DNA of 64,000 nt from Utricularia gibba (GCA_002189035.1 NEEC01000012.1:1364001-1428000), one strand, 5' to 3'. Positions 51,310 to 64,000 are shown, numbered from the stretch's first letter. Made by a program: numbers and translations. The notes: generated from the sequence alone by a model not told the origin.

Positions 51310-51349
51310 AGAGAGAGAGAGAGAGAGAGGGGAGGGGGGGGGGGGGGGG
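51310..51349 (+). repeat. (GA)n tract plus a G16 homopolymer upstream of the DUF630/632 CDS
   Basis: Directly visible. Confidence 0.9.
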
Positions 51350-53209
51350 CATCGATGTCTCGAGTCACAGACGCACAGTAAATGCGGTGATGTACAATTC
51401 ATTTCAAATGTGTTCTTCAAAATAAGTACACCGACGCCGCTAGCCGCTAACCGAAAATCAGCTGAAAAACTGGGCTTTCGAGAGAGAGAATGGAAAGCCG
51501 CAGCGCTGTAAAAACTTCAGGTTTTCGAACGCAAGAGGTGTGCAACGGTCACAAAATCACATACAACACGACGCCGTTCTCAATTAAGCAGCACATTAAT
51601 TAATTACCCAAATTTTAATAACCACGTAAAGTCACTGCCCAAGTCGTCTTCAATTTTCGTGTGCCAATCACATTTTTACCCCCGTCAAATTTCATTACTG
51701 CTGTAACAACCCCGTTTGCGGTACAAAACTACTTTAACGGAGGATGACGTGGCGGACTAAATGTACAATTTATTATTTATTTATGGGTGTGTACAAGAGT
51801 GTTGCGACACGTGGCCTGCGGGGTTGAACGCCTTGGAGGCCGAACATTCCACGTAGACTGCATGATACAGGGGCATTTACGGCACTTTTCATGTAAAAAC
51901 TGGTGGATTATTACCTGCATTATTAATGCATTAAACTGGTAATAAAAAAGACTAAATAATTGAAGAGAATTTATAAAGAGCCCTTTTTGCATTTTCTAGG
52001 TTCATAGTTTAGGGTAATCAAACATATATTTTAAAATTATGGATTCAAATTAGCATTAATTCAATCCAAGAATCAGTTCATTTCATTAAAATATAATTAA
52101 AAATTAGTAAAATTTATTGTTAAAACATTCTCATTGCTCAAGATTGACCAACATTTTCTTTTCCAAGAAATTGCAAATGGTTATCTTAAAATAAAATAAT
52201 ATAAATGTATTGAAATTTTAAATTATGAATTCATTTTAGGAGGACAGAAAACACCTTAAATAATTGTTGTTTGGCATGTGTAACTTTTTTTCTGAAAATT
52301 AAAGAAAACATAGCTCAAAATTAGGTTCCATTACCAAACATTAAACTACTCCAATAGCATCTCCATTATTCCCTTGCCTAATAACCTAATGTTTTGACCT
52401 ATATTCTTTAAAATATCTAAAAGTTATCCATTATTAGTTTTTCTTTCAATGCCAAGTTTTCATTATTAGTTAACCAATTATAATAAAAAGAATTTCCTTT
52501 ATAAAAATTTAAATAAAATTGATATAGACTAATCCATTTTTATATAATATTTTAATAGTAAAGAAATTGGGAAGGTGCGGCTTTAAATAAAGCATGATTT
52601 TAAATTTATTTAACTGATAATTTTTTAATTCATTTAATTTCACAAACCAAATATTCTCACATTTTGAAGGTTTTGGGTCATATCCTTTTACATAATATAT
52701 AATTATTATAATTTTAATTCGATATGTTACCTTTACTTCATTGAATGGAATTGATTCCCAAATCAACTATAAATGGAAAAAAAGATTAAAATTTGATTTG
52801 ATTGTATTTTTCGAAAATCACTTTATAAAACACACATGAAATTGAATATTTGTAGTTTATTAAATATAAAAAATGCTTTTATATAAAAATCATGCATGTT
52901 TTATAATAAAATTAATCCTAGAATATTTCTTTCAGAAGTTATTTTCTTAAAGAGAGTTTTTATTAAGAATGTTGGGTAGCTTTTAAAATGAAGCATGTGT
53001 TTGATTGCAATAATCTCAAGGTATAGTTCTGATAACACATAATTTTTTCTACTTTTAAAATAATAAAATTATGCTTTTTAATCATGTTTTAAATATTTAT
53101 CTTATTATTTTTAGTATTTTATTAAAATTTAGCACATTATATGACTTTGTATCTTAATAGACTAAATCAATGTGAAATTGTAAGGTGAGGCTAGAGTTCA
53201 TAAAAGAAT

Positions 53210-54980
53210 TGATCAATGTATTTTAGGTTTTGTTTCTATCATTTCTCAATTAACTCTAGGGGGGGGAGGAGAGAGAGAGAGAGAATAAATAGCTTCACAA
53301 CTCAGATGATTAATTTAAAGATAGATCAAAAAATTAAGATAAGATGACTCATATTACGCTATAAAAATTAAGTTTTACTATCTAATTCTATATTTTTGTG
53401 TATAGTACCGTAGTTGTGTTATTTTAGTCTTAATTGTGACTAAATCTATGATTTAGTCCCAATCTTACATCTAATAGTTTTCTTTGAACAATTCAGTGAT
53501 TGATAGCCAACATAAATTCCAAGGAGCCGAATATGAATAGTGCAATAGAAAATGATGAGGCAAAAGTCTGAAAATGAGTACACAAAATCCAATGAAGAGA
53601 AAAAAGAGGATTTTGGACAAAAAGTAAACAAGATAGAGAGAAAAAAGAGATATCTTCCATTAGATACTCACGACACAGCTTTCTGGAGAAGATTTTTGAG
53701 GGAAGAATGAGGAAGATGAATCAGGAACGAAGTCGATGTTTGAAGACTATTTTTTGTTTCGAAAAGAATATTACTTTTAACTAAGAGTAGCTAACGATAT
53801 TTCTAGTTTTCTGCTAAATCTTTTGAATTCCTTGCTAGTTTATTTTCTGGTATTTGATTGTGAGATGAATACAATGTGGATGATGTTTTATTTTCTATTT
53901 TCATTTACCTTAAGCATGAGTGTTTAAGCACTTAGGGGTGCCTTGGGGTGAAAAGGAGAAAAATGTGTTAATCAATATTTAGACTTCATCATTCATAAGT
54001 CACGCCACTTTCTTAATAAATCCGGATAGATGCAGGAGGGGGAAGTACTTAAACCCATCTTAACAATTTTAATTAAAGGTAGACCAAAGATTAGGGGGGA
54101 AAAAAAGTCCGGATAGACCTAGACTTTGTTTGTTAGTTGTTTAATTTATGGTTTGTATGAACATTTTAGTGATAAGCATACATATCATTGGAGTCTCAGG
54201 CCATCATCCATTTCATTTTAGAAACAACCAAATTTAGAAGTTTTTCACTTTTCTTTGCTATATTTTATCATAACTCTACCTTAATTTTAGTTAAGATCAA
54301 ATCTATCAACGTACACTGATCGCATACATTGAATTTCACATAACAAGCACCTAGCTTCTTGAGTTCGACCCTAATCCACTATACTCATATTTTTCATATA
54401 ATTTGAGGTGAATTAGGTTTATAAATTTTATTTGATAGGATAAATTTACATTTTAACGACGTGCAATATTTTTCATTTATCAATAGGTATTAGTCATCGG
54501 TAGAAACAGTAGAATTGGATATATCTAGTTTTATATATTTCACACATGAGTAGACTTAAGTATGGGATTGATGATGAAATAAAGGAACATTTTAACCAAA
54601 AACATGAGAAATGATCTGAATAGACTTAGTTTATTTGGAATTGTGAATATAAAAACATTGTAGATTAAATTAAACACATTAGTATCACATTATCTATACC
54701 ATCTTGAGGCATTTTAGTATTATTTAGTGCTTATAATTTGTATTTGTTATTGTTTACGTTTAGATTTAATCTTAGTTGCTGTACTTGTTTACTACGGTTA
54801 GTTTAACCTTGAATTAAGAGTACCACATTTATTTTGTAATCCTGCATCAATTAAAACACACAACAAGTACTTGATCCTTATAACCGATCATGAATTTCAT
54901 TTTACATTTTGTGTTTAATTATATTTTGTGAAGATTATAGATTATAAACTTATTTGACACGAAAATTCTATTTTTACAAT
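53210..54980 (+). mobile_element. One or two Athila-like gypsy LTR remnants
   Basis: GAGTTCGACCCTAA..ACTATACT U5-like motif, ends in ..TTTATCA (about 54482) and ..TTTTTACA (about 54977); palindrome shared with 20.8 kb. Boundaries are approximate. Confidence 0.45.
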
Positions 54981-55311
54981 AATAATATAAATTTTAGTTT
55001 ATTAACTTCCAAAAAATAATTTTTTAAAAAATGATTTTCTATATTTAAAAAACACTTCAATTTTTATTGAAGTAGTAATTACTCAGCTTTTCAAAAAATT
55101 GATGCAATTTCAGCTCCATGTATAAGAGAATCAATTCTAAAAATGATTTTATTGAAGTTGATGCTCAACTAAATAAACTATTAGGATGCGTGTTCCTTTA
55201 GAAAATGGGTGGCTTACAGGGTGAAGCTTTTAATAGACACCGCCGCAACACTGCTCACCGCTCCACCGCTGTACGTGGCGTCGCTTCACCGGCACCGCGT
55301 ATCCTCAAGTT

Positions 55312-57065
55312 TTATGCTCGACGGGTGTTGTAGGAGACGCAGTTGAGGCACTTGTGTGCCACCAAGTGGTACCTCACCTCCGACTTGCTCCCACAGTCAT
55401 TACAAAGGATCCAAACCTGTCCACCCCACAAGACACCGCATGGTTGGTTATTGCAGAATAAGGAAGAAGAATGGACAGAAGGTGCCGACCATCTTGTTGT
55501 CATAAGACGAAGGCGTGGGGGTGGCCGCAACTTCCCGATCCAACTGCTCCCACACTTGAGACATGTCGCACGCGGACTTGGAGCAGAGAGGGCAAGCGTA
55601 CCTGCTCAACATCGAAGCATGACTACAGAAAGTGCGGTGCGGCATGGAAGGACGGGCAGGTGGGCTTACTGGCAGTGTCTCTGCATCTCCTGGAAGCATG
55701 ACTTGTGAATGGTGTGGCCGCATGGCAACGCGACGACGTCGTTCACCGATTCGAACAGGTACTCGAAGCAGACCGGGCAGTCCTGGTGCATCGCTCTCTC
55801 CACGCAGGGGTGGTTGCTTCTCAGAGCCGTGGAGTAGCAGCAGCCTGCGTTTCACCATCCCCGACGTGAGTAGTAAGCGCAATGTATAGATAGAGAAAGA
55901 ATCAAGAGGCAGGTAAGCACTTCTTACTGCAGTTTTCACAGTGGAAGAAATTAGTCGACCCTCCAATCCTGCACACACCCCATAAACTGAATCCATTGTT
56001 TACGGGAAAAGATAGCTACTGTGTTCTTGATGTTATGTTGCCAAGGCAATCTCACCTGCATATGCCGCAGCCATTGCAGTGGAATTGATCCTTATTTGTC
56101 TACATCACAGAAAAAATGTGCCAGGAATGAATTAGTATCCTAAAATAAGTTGATTGTGCTACAGAATTTGAGATGTCATATCCTTGGAACCAACCCAACA
56201 CAGAGAATCCCAGTCGAACAACTTACATCATCATCAAAAAGCTTGCAGATGGCACAGAAGTATCTTCCCATGCACACGCCACAATATTTGCAAACCTGAC
56301 CAACCTACAGGGAAGTAGGCCAACGATCGGAAACAAGAAGAAGAGTAATATAAAAAGACGTCCTTTGTTTGGAAATAATACCTCCTGCTCTGCGTTACAC
56401 AGCGAGCATATAACCTGCGAAGCAGAAGCTTGCTTCTTATCATCATGGGTGGGAGAAATCAAGGGTAGAGATTCACTCACCTTCTTAACCAAGTGGCGAG
56501 GCATATCATGTCGTAGCTTCTGGTCGATGCAAATATCGTTCTGACGAACCAACAAGAGTAAGTTCACGCAACTTTCAACACAAACGGCTTACTACGAAGA
56601 ACAGTCCAGTCATAAAGGTGCTCACCTTTGCCTCGTTATGGCAGTGACGGCAAGGGAATATCTCATTGCAACAGGGAGCTCTGATTCGGCATCTTCGACG
56701 ATAATGAGTGCACCTGATGAGGATTGTGCGTATGTTAGTTGTCCAAATGCGTAGTCATGGAAAAGGGTGCACGAAAACAACGCCATAAGACAACCCATCT
56801 CGTTAAAGGAATTAAATCCAGTCGATTACATTGCCTTATAAACAAGGCCACACCCAGTATAGTTTCCGACGTGGGTTTCGTATTCCAACTGCATACATGG
56901 GAGGGATTTGGATTCATACCCATACTGGAGATATCCTTGGTTTAGTGTTTCAGCAGTGGTGATCTTCTCGTAGCTGGAGAGTTGCAGCTCTGAATCAAGA
57001 CCGTCCCAAGATCCCTTTGTCTCGATATGCGGGTTGGCATAGCAATCAATAGCCGTAGACGCCAT
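55312..57065 (-). CDS. CHY-type / CTCHY / RING-H2 zinc-finger E3 ubiquitin ligase (CHYR1/RZFP34, PIRH2-like)
   Basis: 10 in-frame exons: 57065-56920, 56713-56626, 56540-56481, 56414-56382, 56304-56227, 56099-56056, 55968-55928, 55844-55670, 55601-55490, 55416-55312. Motifs [52 protein letters not shown] and [17 protein letters not shown]. Confidence 0.95.
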
Positions 57066-58014
57066 CACCAGTTGTAAGATACAAGGTTGGTAAGGCAACT
57101 GATCGATAACCGAAGCACCTGCGAGCATTTAACAATTTTGACTGCACAAACTATTTGAGCAGTAGAAGGGTATCTGGAAAGTAATTTGCACCAGACATGA
57201 AAGAGAAAGGGAAGCAAGAAACGAGGAGATCCTACCTTCGAAGGAAAAGCAATCTCGGCACGCAATCTATCTGGGGGGCTCGTTTGTTAGGCATATGGTT
57301 CTTGGCTATATATCGAGGGAGAAAAAGTGGGAGAGGGAATGCCTCAACATCAATCCGACGCATGAAAAAGCGAAAAGTGGGATCCAACGGCGTCATGAGA
57401 GCAATGGGTTGGCATGGCGCCGTCTCCATTGTTGGATTGTGCAGTCATCTTCTGATCAGAAAGCCTTGCTTGCTGGCGTGTCAAGATCACGACGGCCGCC
57501 GAATCGCGAAAAATATCTTCCCACTCGCTACCAACCTCATCCATTTTGGTGGGTGGATAAGAGTCATGGTCCAACTACTCTTTCTTGCATATTAAGAAAG
57601 TTTCAATACTAGGAAGCCATTGGAGGAGAATGAGTTTCAGGAATTCCCGAAAAGATGCTGAACTTCATTGGAGTTCAGAAAAGGATCTGGGAAGCAAATA
57701 CAAATAAAGGAAAGTTCAGGGACCCAATCCTAATATTTCATGTTAATTCAAGGACCTGATATTATTTATGATTGATATTATTTTTATGTTGTCGTAGCCT
57801 ATGGCTGAAGCTGAGAAAATGATTTGGTCCCCCCTAACGATTGGATGGATGATCATCGAAGGCCTCCCTTTTGCTCGATTTGTTTCCAGGGAATTTGAGG
57901 ATGTAAATCTGCGAGTCGAGAATCGTGATCGCTGATTTCGAGACTTGTAAATCACAGAGCCCCGTCTGGTTTCTCCATTTTTCTGTTCATCTGGGATTGG
58001 ATCTGGTTTCCAAG

Positions 58015-59757
58015 ATGTTTGGCAAGATTGGGAATTCATCGATTAGGGATCGGACTCAGGAGTTCTTAGTGATATCGGATCGAGTTAAGGGATCATTCCC
58101 GCCGCAGAATGGCGCGAGCAGCAGCGGAACAAAGCCGGAAGAGCTGCCGCGGTCTTCGATGACAGTGCATTCTGAGTTTAATCGAAGGGCCTCGAAAATA
58201 GGGCTTGGGATTCATCACACGTCACAGAAGTTATCGAGGCTAGCAAAATGTGAATGGTTTATTCTGTTATCTGTTTTACATGATAACATTTTCGGTGTTT
58301 ATTGTATGCGTGGAGTGTGAAATTCATTCTTGCCTTATTTTAGCTATGTGTACTAGCGATTCTCATGCCTGTTTATGTTGATTCCTATTGTTTCTATTGT
58401 TGCATCAGGATCGCTTAAGCTGGTGTTCAAAGGATATAATCTTTTGTGTCAGTTGAATGATGTATTTCCTGATTGCTAGCTTCTTTGTGCTGAAGTAATG
58501 CTTTCTCGTGCAGTGGCGAAGAGGACGTCAGTGTTTGATGACCCTTCTATTGAAATCCAAGAGCTGACTGCTGTTATTAAACAAGACATAACATCTCTGA
58601 ATTCTGCAGTAGTTGATCTCCAGGTTTTCTGCAATTCAAGTAACGGAAGTGGGGCTATATCAGCTGACACGACCACTCATTCAACTACGGTCATTGATGA
58701 TTTGAAAAATCGTCTAATGGGTGCAACGAAAGAATTCAAGGATGTGTTGACTATGCGAACGGAGGTGAGCTTAGAAACGTATTTTCTTCCACCCATTTTC
58801 TTTTGAATCTACAGGAGAAAACCTCATTCGATGTTTCTATCAACAGAACTTGAAGGTTCACGAAAACAGGCGACAACTCTACTCCTCTTCTGTCTTGAAG
58901 AACCCTACTAATCCTTTTATTCGTCAGCGCCCATTGGCAAAATCTTCCAGTAACCCAGCTACTTCACCTCCTCCATGGGCCAATGCGGAGGTTTCTTCAA
59001 CTCCGTTCTCCTCCAAGTAAGTGGAAGGGAAGCCTTCTTAAGTGGGGGTGGACCAATGGTTCAATTTGTTGGTTATTCAATTAATCTGTAATTGGTTATT
59101 TCTTATTATTATTATTATTTTTTATCGAAACATAGTTACAATGAGACATTTTGAAGACTGGGAGTTGCACGATGCTTATTTAAAAGGATCATGAACATTG
59201 ATCACCCATTTAATAGTTGATCCATTTCCACCAGTCCCCTAACGGAACTCCTATGGCAGGAATGAAGTGGAAGGGGATACGCAGCCATTGCTACCCCGAC
59301 AAAATCAGCAACAACAGATATCGATCCCACTACAGGAGAGCTACATGCAGAGTAGAGCCGATGCTCTTCAAAATGTTGAATCAACAATACAGGAGTTAGG
59401 CAACATATTCAACCAGCTGGCGAACTTGGTTTCTCAGCAAGGAGAGCTCGCAATCAGGTTGTTATACTCTCTGCCATCCTATTTACACTACTTTCAAGCT
59501 TCTGAATCACCCATGCTTTAAGAAAATTTGTGTAATAAGGACCTGCGAAGCACAGTCCTTATTGAATTTGTGGCCTTCCATTGGTGCATTTCTCTAGGAT
59601 TGACGAGAACATGGATGATACACTGGCGAATGTGGAGGGAGCTCAAGGGTCTCTACTGAAGTATCTCAACAGCATTTCCTCAAATCGGTGGCTGATGCTC
59701 AAGATTTTCTTCGTCTTGGTATTCTTTCTAATGATATTTCTTTTCTTTGTGGCCTGA
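58015..59757 (+). CDS. SYP32: Golgi Qa-SNARE, syntaxin-5/SYP3 family
   Basis: 5 in-frame exons: 58015-58249, 58514-58764, 58847-59016, 59260-59457, 59598-59757. Motifs RDRTQEF, SEFNRRASKIG, AKRTSVFDDP, SNARE motif VESTIQELGNIF..IDENMDDTLANVEGAQ, and TM domain WLMLKIFFVLVFFLMIFLFFVA*. Confidence 0.93.
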
Positions 59758-60068
59758 TCACAAGCTATAAGCTACTGCAGTGAAGTGCTGGCTCCTTCCC
59801 TGTTTGAATGTTGCAAATGCATTCCATTTCTGATGAGCTGCGGGTCTCTGTATAGATCTGGATCACTTGTTTCAGTGTGTGAAATATGCAAAATATTGGA
59901 ATAAGGCGGTATGATATGCTAAAGCTTGCCTTTCATTTATTTGTGAGATCCAGTTTCACAATAAGTTATCATATATATACCGGAGAAAATCCCCAGGTAA
60001 ATAATACTAACTGTAGAGGAAAATCGTTGCTGCCCATGTATGATTATGTACCCGCAGCATGAGTTGAT

Positions 60069-63000
60069 TCATTTCCAGAGCTTGACTACTTTGTCATGAC
60101 CAGCCGATGCAACCAGCCCTGTGGCTGTAGAAGCAGCTAACGACTCGATCAACCCACTGTGGGCCGGTATGTTCAGCATTGCATCCTCGGCCATGTTCCA
60201 AAGCTCCATCGACTGCACAATGCAACAACTAAAGAATCACGTACGGGTTCTTGTTTAGCATCAGCTTTTGTTTTGAGAACTAAAATCATTGACTTGCCTG
60301 ATAACACCCGATAATGAGTATTGATGGACAAGTGGGGTGGAATATGCAGGAATGGAATTTGTTGCCGTTGCAGCAGTTGACCTGATGCACACATTCTCCT
60401 GCGGTTCCTGATCTCAATGTCCACACTTTCACCGAATCTTCGCTCAGGGATGCTAACAGGTCACCGGAATTGTCCCAACAGATGTTCCGTACTGGTTTCA
60501 TGTGACCCTTTGGAGAAAAAAAAAAAGGAAAAATCTACAGAGCCAGGAGACCCACACTCCAACAAGTAATGGGTAACCACCGGCTAACCTTTAAAGAGTG
60601 CAGGCAGGTTTGTGTCTCTGCATCAAGTATTGAAACTATGTTATCTCCAGCTGCCGCTAGATACCTTCCGAGATGAGGCTGAAATCTCACTTGAGCAGAG
60701 CCACCCTTGAGGGGGAAAAATCAGGACTTTTGGTGAGGCACGTACAGAGGAATGATGGAATGACTTGTTACATTACCTTGAAAACCGCTGTGCAGCTACC
60801 ATTTGTGATGTTCCAGTATCTTATCTCCCCATCCGCGTCACATGAGCTGATGAGATCTTCCTTATTGGGGTGAAAATCTAAGGATATCACGCCACCAGAA
60901 TGCCCGGTAAATGCACGAAGCGAATATCCAGGCTGCACGACATGGGTAACTTATGTTGGTAAACGTATGGAAGCAAAAACAAATACAAACGGGGGTGATA
61001 TGGTAAAAGTAGGCCAACATTGTCCACATCCCAGACTCTGACGGTTTTGTCGAAGGATGATGTGGCAAGACAGCTCCCATTTGGACTGAAGCGAACACCT
61101 GTAATATAGGACGAGTGCTCGTCGAGAGTGGCTTTGGCCTTCAAACCATCTGTGTTCCATAAAACAGCCTGCAGAATGGGAACATGTCTTTGTGCAGTTA
61201 GAAGGGTTAGAGATATTATTATTTAGCACTGTCATGGAAACTCCAGGAGAAGTGTAGTAACCTTCTTATCATGGCCGCCACTTGCAAGAAGTTTCCCATC
61301 TGATGAGAAGTGGCAAGTCATAACTTTATTGGCACTGGCACTAACAGAACACAGCTCCGTAAAACTAAAACCTGAGCAGATCAGTGAAATATCAGATCGT
61401 GACAAAAACAATAACCGGACAGAAAAATAGGGTATAATCCTTCTTCTTGCCTTGGGAGACATTCATATGACCAGCAGGATCTTGTGGTTCATCATCAAAA
61501 AATGATAATACATTGTCCTCAACATCATCCACAAAACGATTCTTTTCACCTTTTTCAAGATCCTTGTCATTCCACCGTTTAAATCAAATAAATCATAAAA
61601 ACTTGGAGATTGAAACATGGCATGAAGAAGGGCATAGAAAAAGAAAAAATTGGTTCTTACAAACTGATTTGTAGATGGTTTCATGGTGCCTGCATTGTCA
61701 GGTGCGATAAGCGTGGCACCCTGTGACAATGAGGGGATTGGCCGCACATCTCCAGGGGGGTGAGTTGAGGGTGTCGATGGGGCAGATGTAGAAGGGCCAG
61801 CAGTATTTGCAGTTCCTGAACTATTGGTTGGTCCAGACAAGGGAAGATGTTTCCTCTTTCTCCCAGTTTGGTTTTTCGAAGACTAAAAATGAGCACAGAA
61901 GAGAAGGTGAAAAAGATGTGGAGCATCAAAACCGCACAAAATAAATAGGATAAACCCTTCAGAATGTTTACCTGATCATTTCCAGGGAAAGAACTTGACC
62001 TGCCACCATCTCCCACGACATTGCCAATTGCAATGCTCTTATCCTGATGAATATTGGGATTTGAACTCTGTGGCTGATGGCTGGAAATAGGTTGCTGCTG
62101 ATGGTGTATCTGATGTGATTGGTTTTTGCTTTGTTGTTGAAGCTGTTGTTGGTGCTGCATAGAACACATTAAAACCATCTTAGTAAACAAGAGGTAAACT
62201 GTACGCATACCATGCTGAGTACACAACATGGTACCTGCATAAACATAACTGGATCACGGTATAACATATTGGTACCACCTTGCATAGGTGATCCCATAAT
62301 GGGAACTGCTTCACCAACAGAATTTAACATTCCATCCCTTACCATTGACAAATCAGGGCCACTTAGAAGCATTCGTAGCCTTCTGCTCTCTACATCGCCG
62401 GAAGAAGTTGAATTTGAACTCTGCTGTGCAAGAAAAAGTAGATGTCGCTGTTGTGGTGTTAGCATCTGCAATTGAGGAAATGGCTGAGGACCCGGCATAA
62501 ATGGTTTCAACTGCTGGAGAAGAGAGTAGAGAAGCGTTGAGGAGGACCAGCTGAAGTATACTTGAGAATTTTGACTTTTCTATGTACAAAAACTTACAGA
62601 TAGCTCGAGCAGTCTGCTAGAAAAAGAGAATCACCATATACTCACCGTTGGTGGAGGCTTTAACGCCCTTTCATAAAGTTCAGTGTTGAAAGCATTTACA
62701 TTGCCGGGATCTTGTCTCATTAGAGAAACATTTCCAGAAATCGTATCAGCAGAGCCATTAATAAGGTGGCCAGCCTCACGCTGTTCCTGCTGCTGTTGAT
62801 GCCCCTGTCGCATCAAAATCTGTTGGTATGCGTTTTGCTGTTCTCCAGCCTTCAACTTCTGAGTCTGTTTTTGTTACAGATCAATTAGCATCTGATTCCC
62901 CATTTCATATAATTTGTCATAGGATTATGAGCAACCTCAACATAAGATGCAGCAGCCTCTGAGCGCTTCTCGTCATTTCTGGCGATATAAATATCCCAAA

Positions 63001-63523
63001 ATACAGACCACCATTCGAAAAGGAAACTGCCAGGCGCATCAATAACTGAAAAATGCGCAACCGCACACCATGTTTTTATGCAAACATGAAATGTAATAAC
63101 TGTATCTGCCAGGGCAAGGTATGCTCACCAACAGGATCAGACAAAACATTAGCCTCAGACTGGAAAGCTTCAGCAGAGGCCTTGAAGTTTCTCTTGACGA
63201 GATAGTCATGAACATACACATCAAACCTAAAAGCAGAGTTCGCATTCAGTATCGAAAATCACCGTCGCAAAAGTGGGCAATGGTAAAACAATCAAAATAT
63301 TATAGAATTCACACACACCGCCTTCATTAAAACATAGAAATACGCGGCGCATAATTTCTCCCTGAAATTTGGCTACAACACCGACTCAAACCAGCAAGAA
63401 GGATCATCAATGGAAGCCGCGAAGAAACTGAAATCCATACTAAGGTACCAGAACAAGAACCAACGAACCAACCGTAATACATAAAACTTACATCTTGTCC
63501 GCTTCCCAATTCTTCAGAGACAT
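60069..63523 (-). CDS. LUG: LEUNIG-like (LUG/LUH) Groucho/Tup1 co-repressor with LisH/LUFS and WD40 domains, ~740 aa
   Basis: [36 protein letters not shown]. Exons 63523-63492, 63226-63129, 63045-62936, 62864-62646, 62579-62235 (start inferred), 62178-61972, 61882-61661, ~61562-61451, 61371-61262, 61168-61019, 60932-60777, 60705-60589, 60507-60298, 60212-60069. WD40 repeats end [10 protein letters not shown]. Paralog identity (LUG vs LUH) is not certain. Confidence 0.88.
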
Positions 63524-64000
63524 GCTTTACCGTCTAGTATCAGAAAACAACCGAATTCCAAACCTTCCCTTCTTCCTTTTTCTTATCTGTATTCCACCAT
63601 AAAAACAATCCCAAATCAACAAATAAAAAAAACACGCTAAAAAGCACCGAAAGCATGATCCAGAGTACAAAATAAAGAAACGTTACATCCCGCGTAGAAC
63701 AGGAGTGACTCTTCCACTCCTGAACACAGACGACTGAAGAGGAATCGCTTGAAATACACGGGACGGAAAAACAAAAGGGAGGCCTTCCACCTCGGCTTCC
63801 GACGTCCGTTTTTATGTTCAATGGAATGGAAGTCGTCGCAATCGCAAATATCCGTCAGTTCCTTTCCCGGAAAATAAGAGGAGAGAGGAGAGAAGTAAAA
63901 TTAGGGTCCGTTTTCGATAAGCTCTCCCTCCAAAGGCCACCGAAGCAACGTCATTTGAAATTCAGAGACCGCCTACGCATTTGAGCAGATTTTAACATGC

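Noticed and set aside
57197-57612. ORFs of 105-132 aa between the CHY gene and SYP32
   Set aside because: They lie antisense to or within the probable CHY 5' leader and show no domain features; a uORF role was not testable.
42347-63523. Functional gene cluster (cell cycle, trafficking, repression)
   Set aside because: The five genes belong to unrelated families; adjacency alone is not evidence of a shared pathway.

Overview
Eudicot plant nuclear DNA in two parts. About 1-42 kb is gene-free, made of decayed and nested transposons (Ty1/copia, Ty3/gypsy remnants, PIF/Harbinger, hAT, MITEs) and three degraded plastid insertions (NUPTs): ndhF-trnL-ccsA-ndhD-psaC-ndhE, rps3-rpl16-rpl14-rps8-infA-rpl36-rps11, and clpP-psbB. 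About 42.3-64 kb is a compact island of five intron-containing genes: an activator-type MYB3R, a DUF630/DUF632 protein, a CHY/RING zinc-finger E3 ligase, a SYP32-like syntaxin and a shortened LEUNIG-like co-repressor. I found no convincing previously undescribed biological system. The most notable points are: NUPTs shortened by deletions with microhomology and C/G-to-T/A bias; a 4x85-bp repeat whose unit is an intron plus a 14-nt spacer; 1-bp G-run frameshifts in two conserved genes (possibly assembly errors); and unusual LUG and CHY gene structures. Family assignments come from motif recognition by eye and from memory of reference sequences, not from database searches. Exon coordinates were read by hand; the boundaries of degraded elements are approximate.
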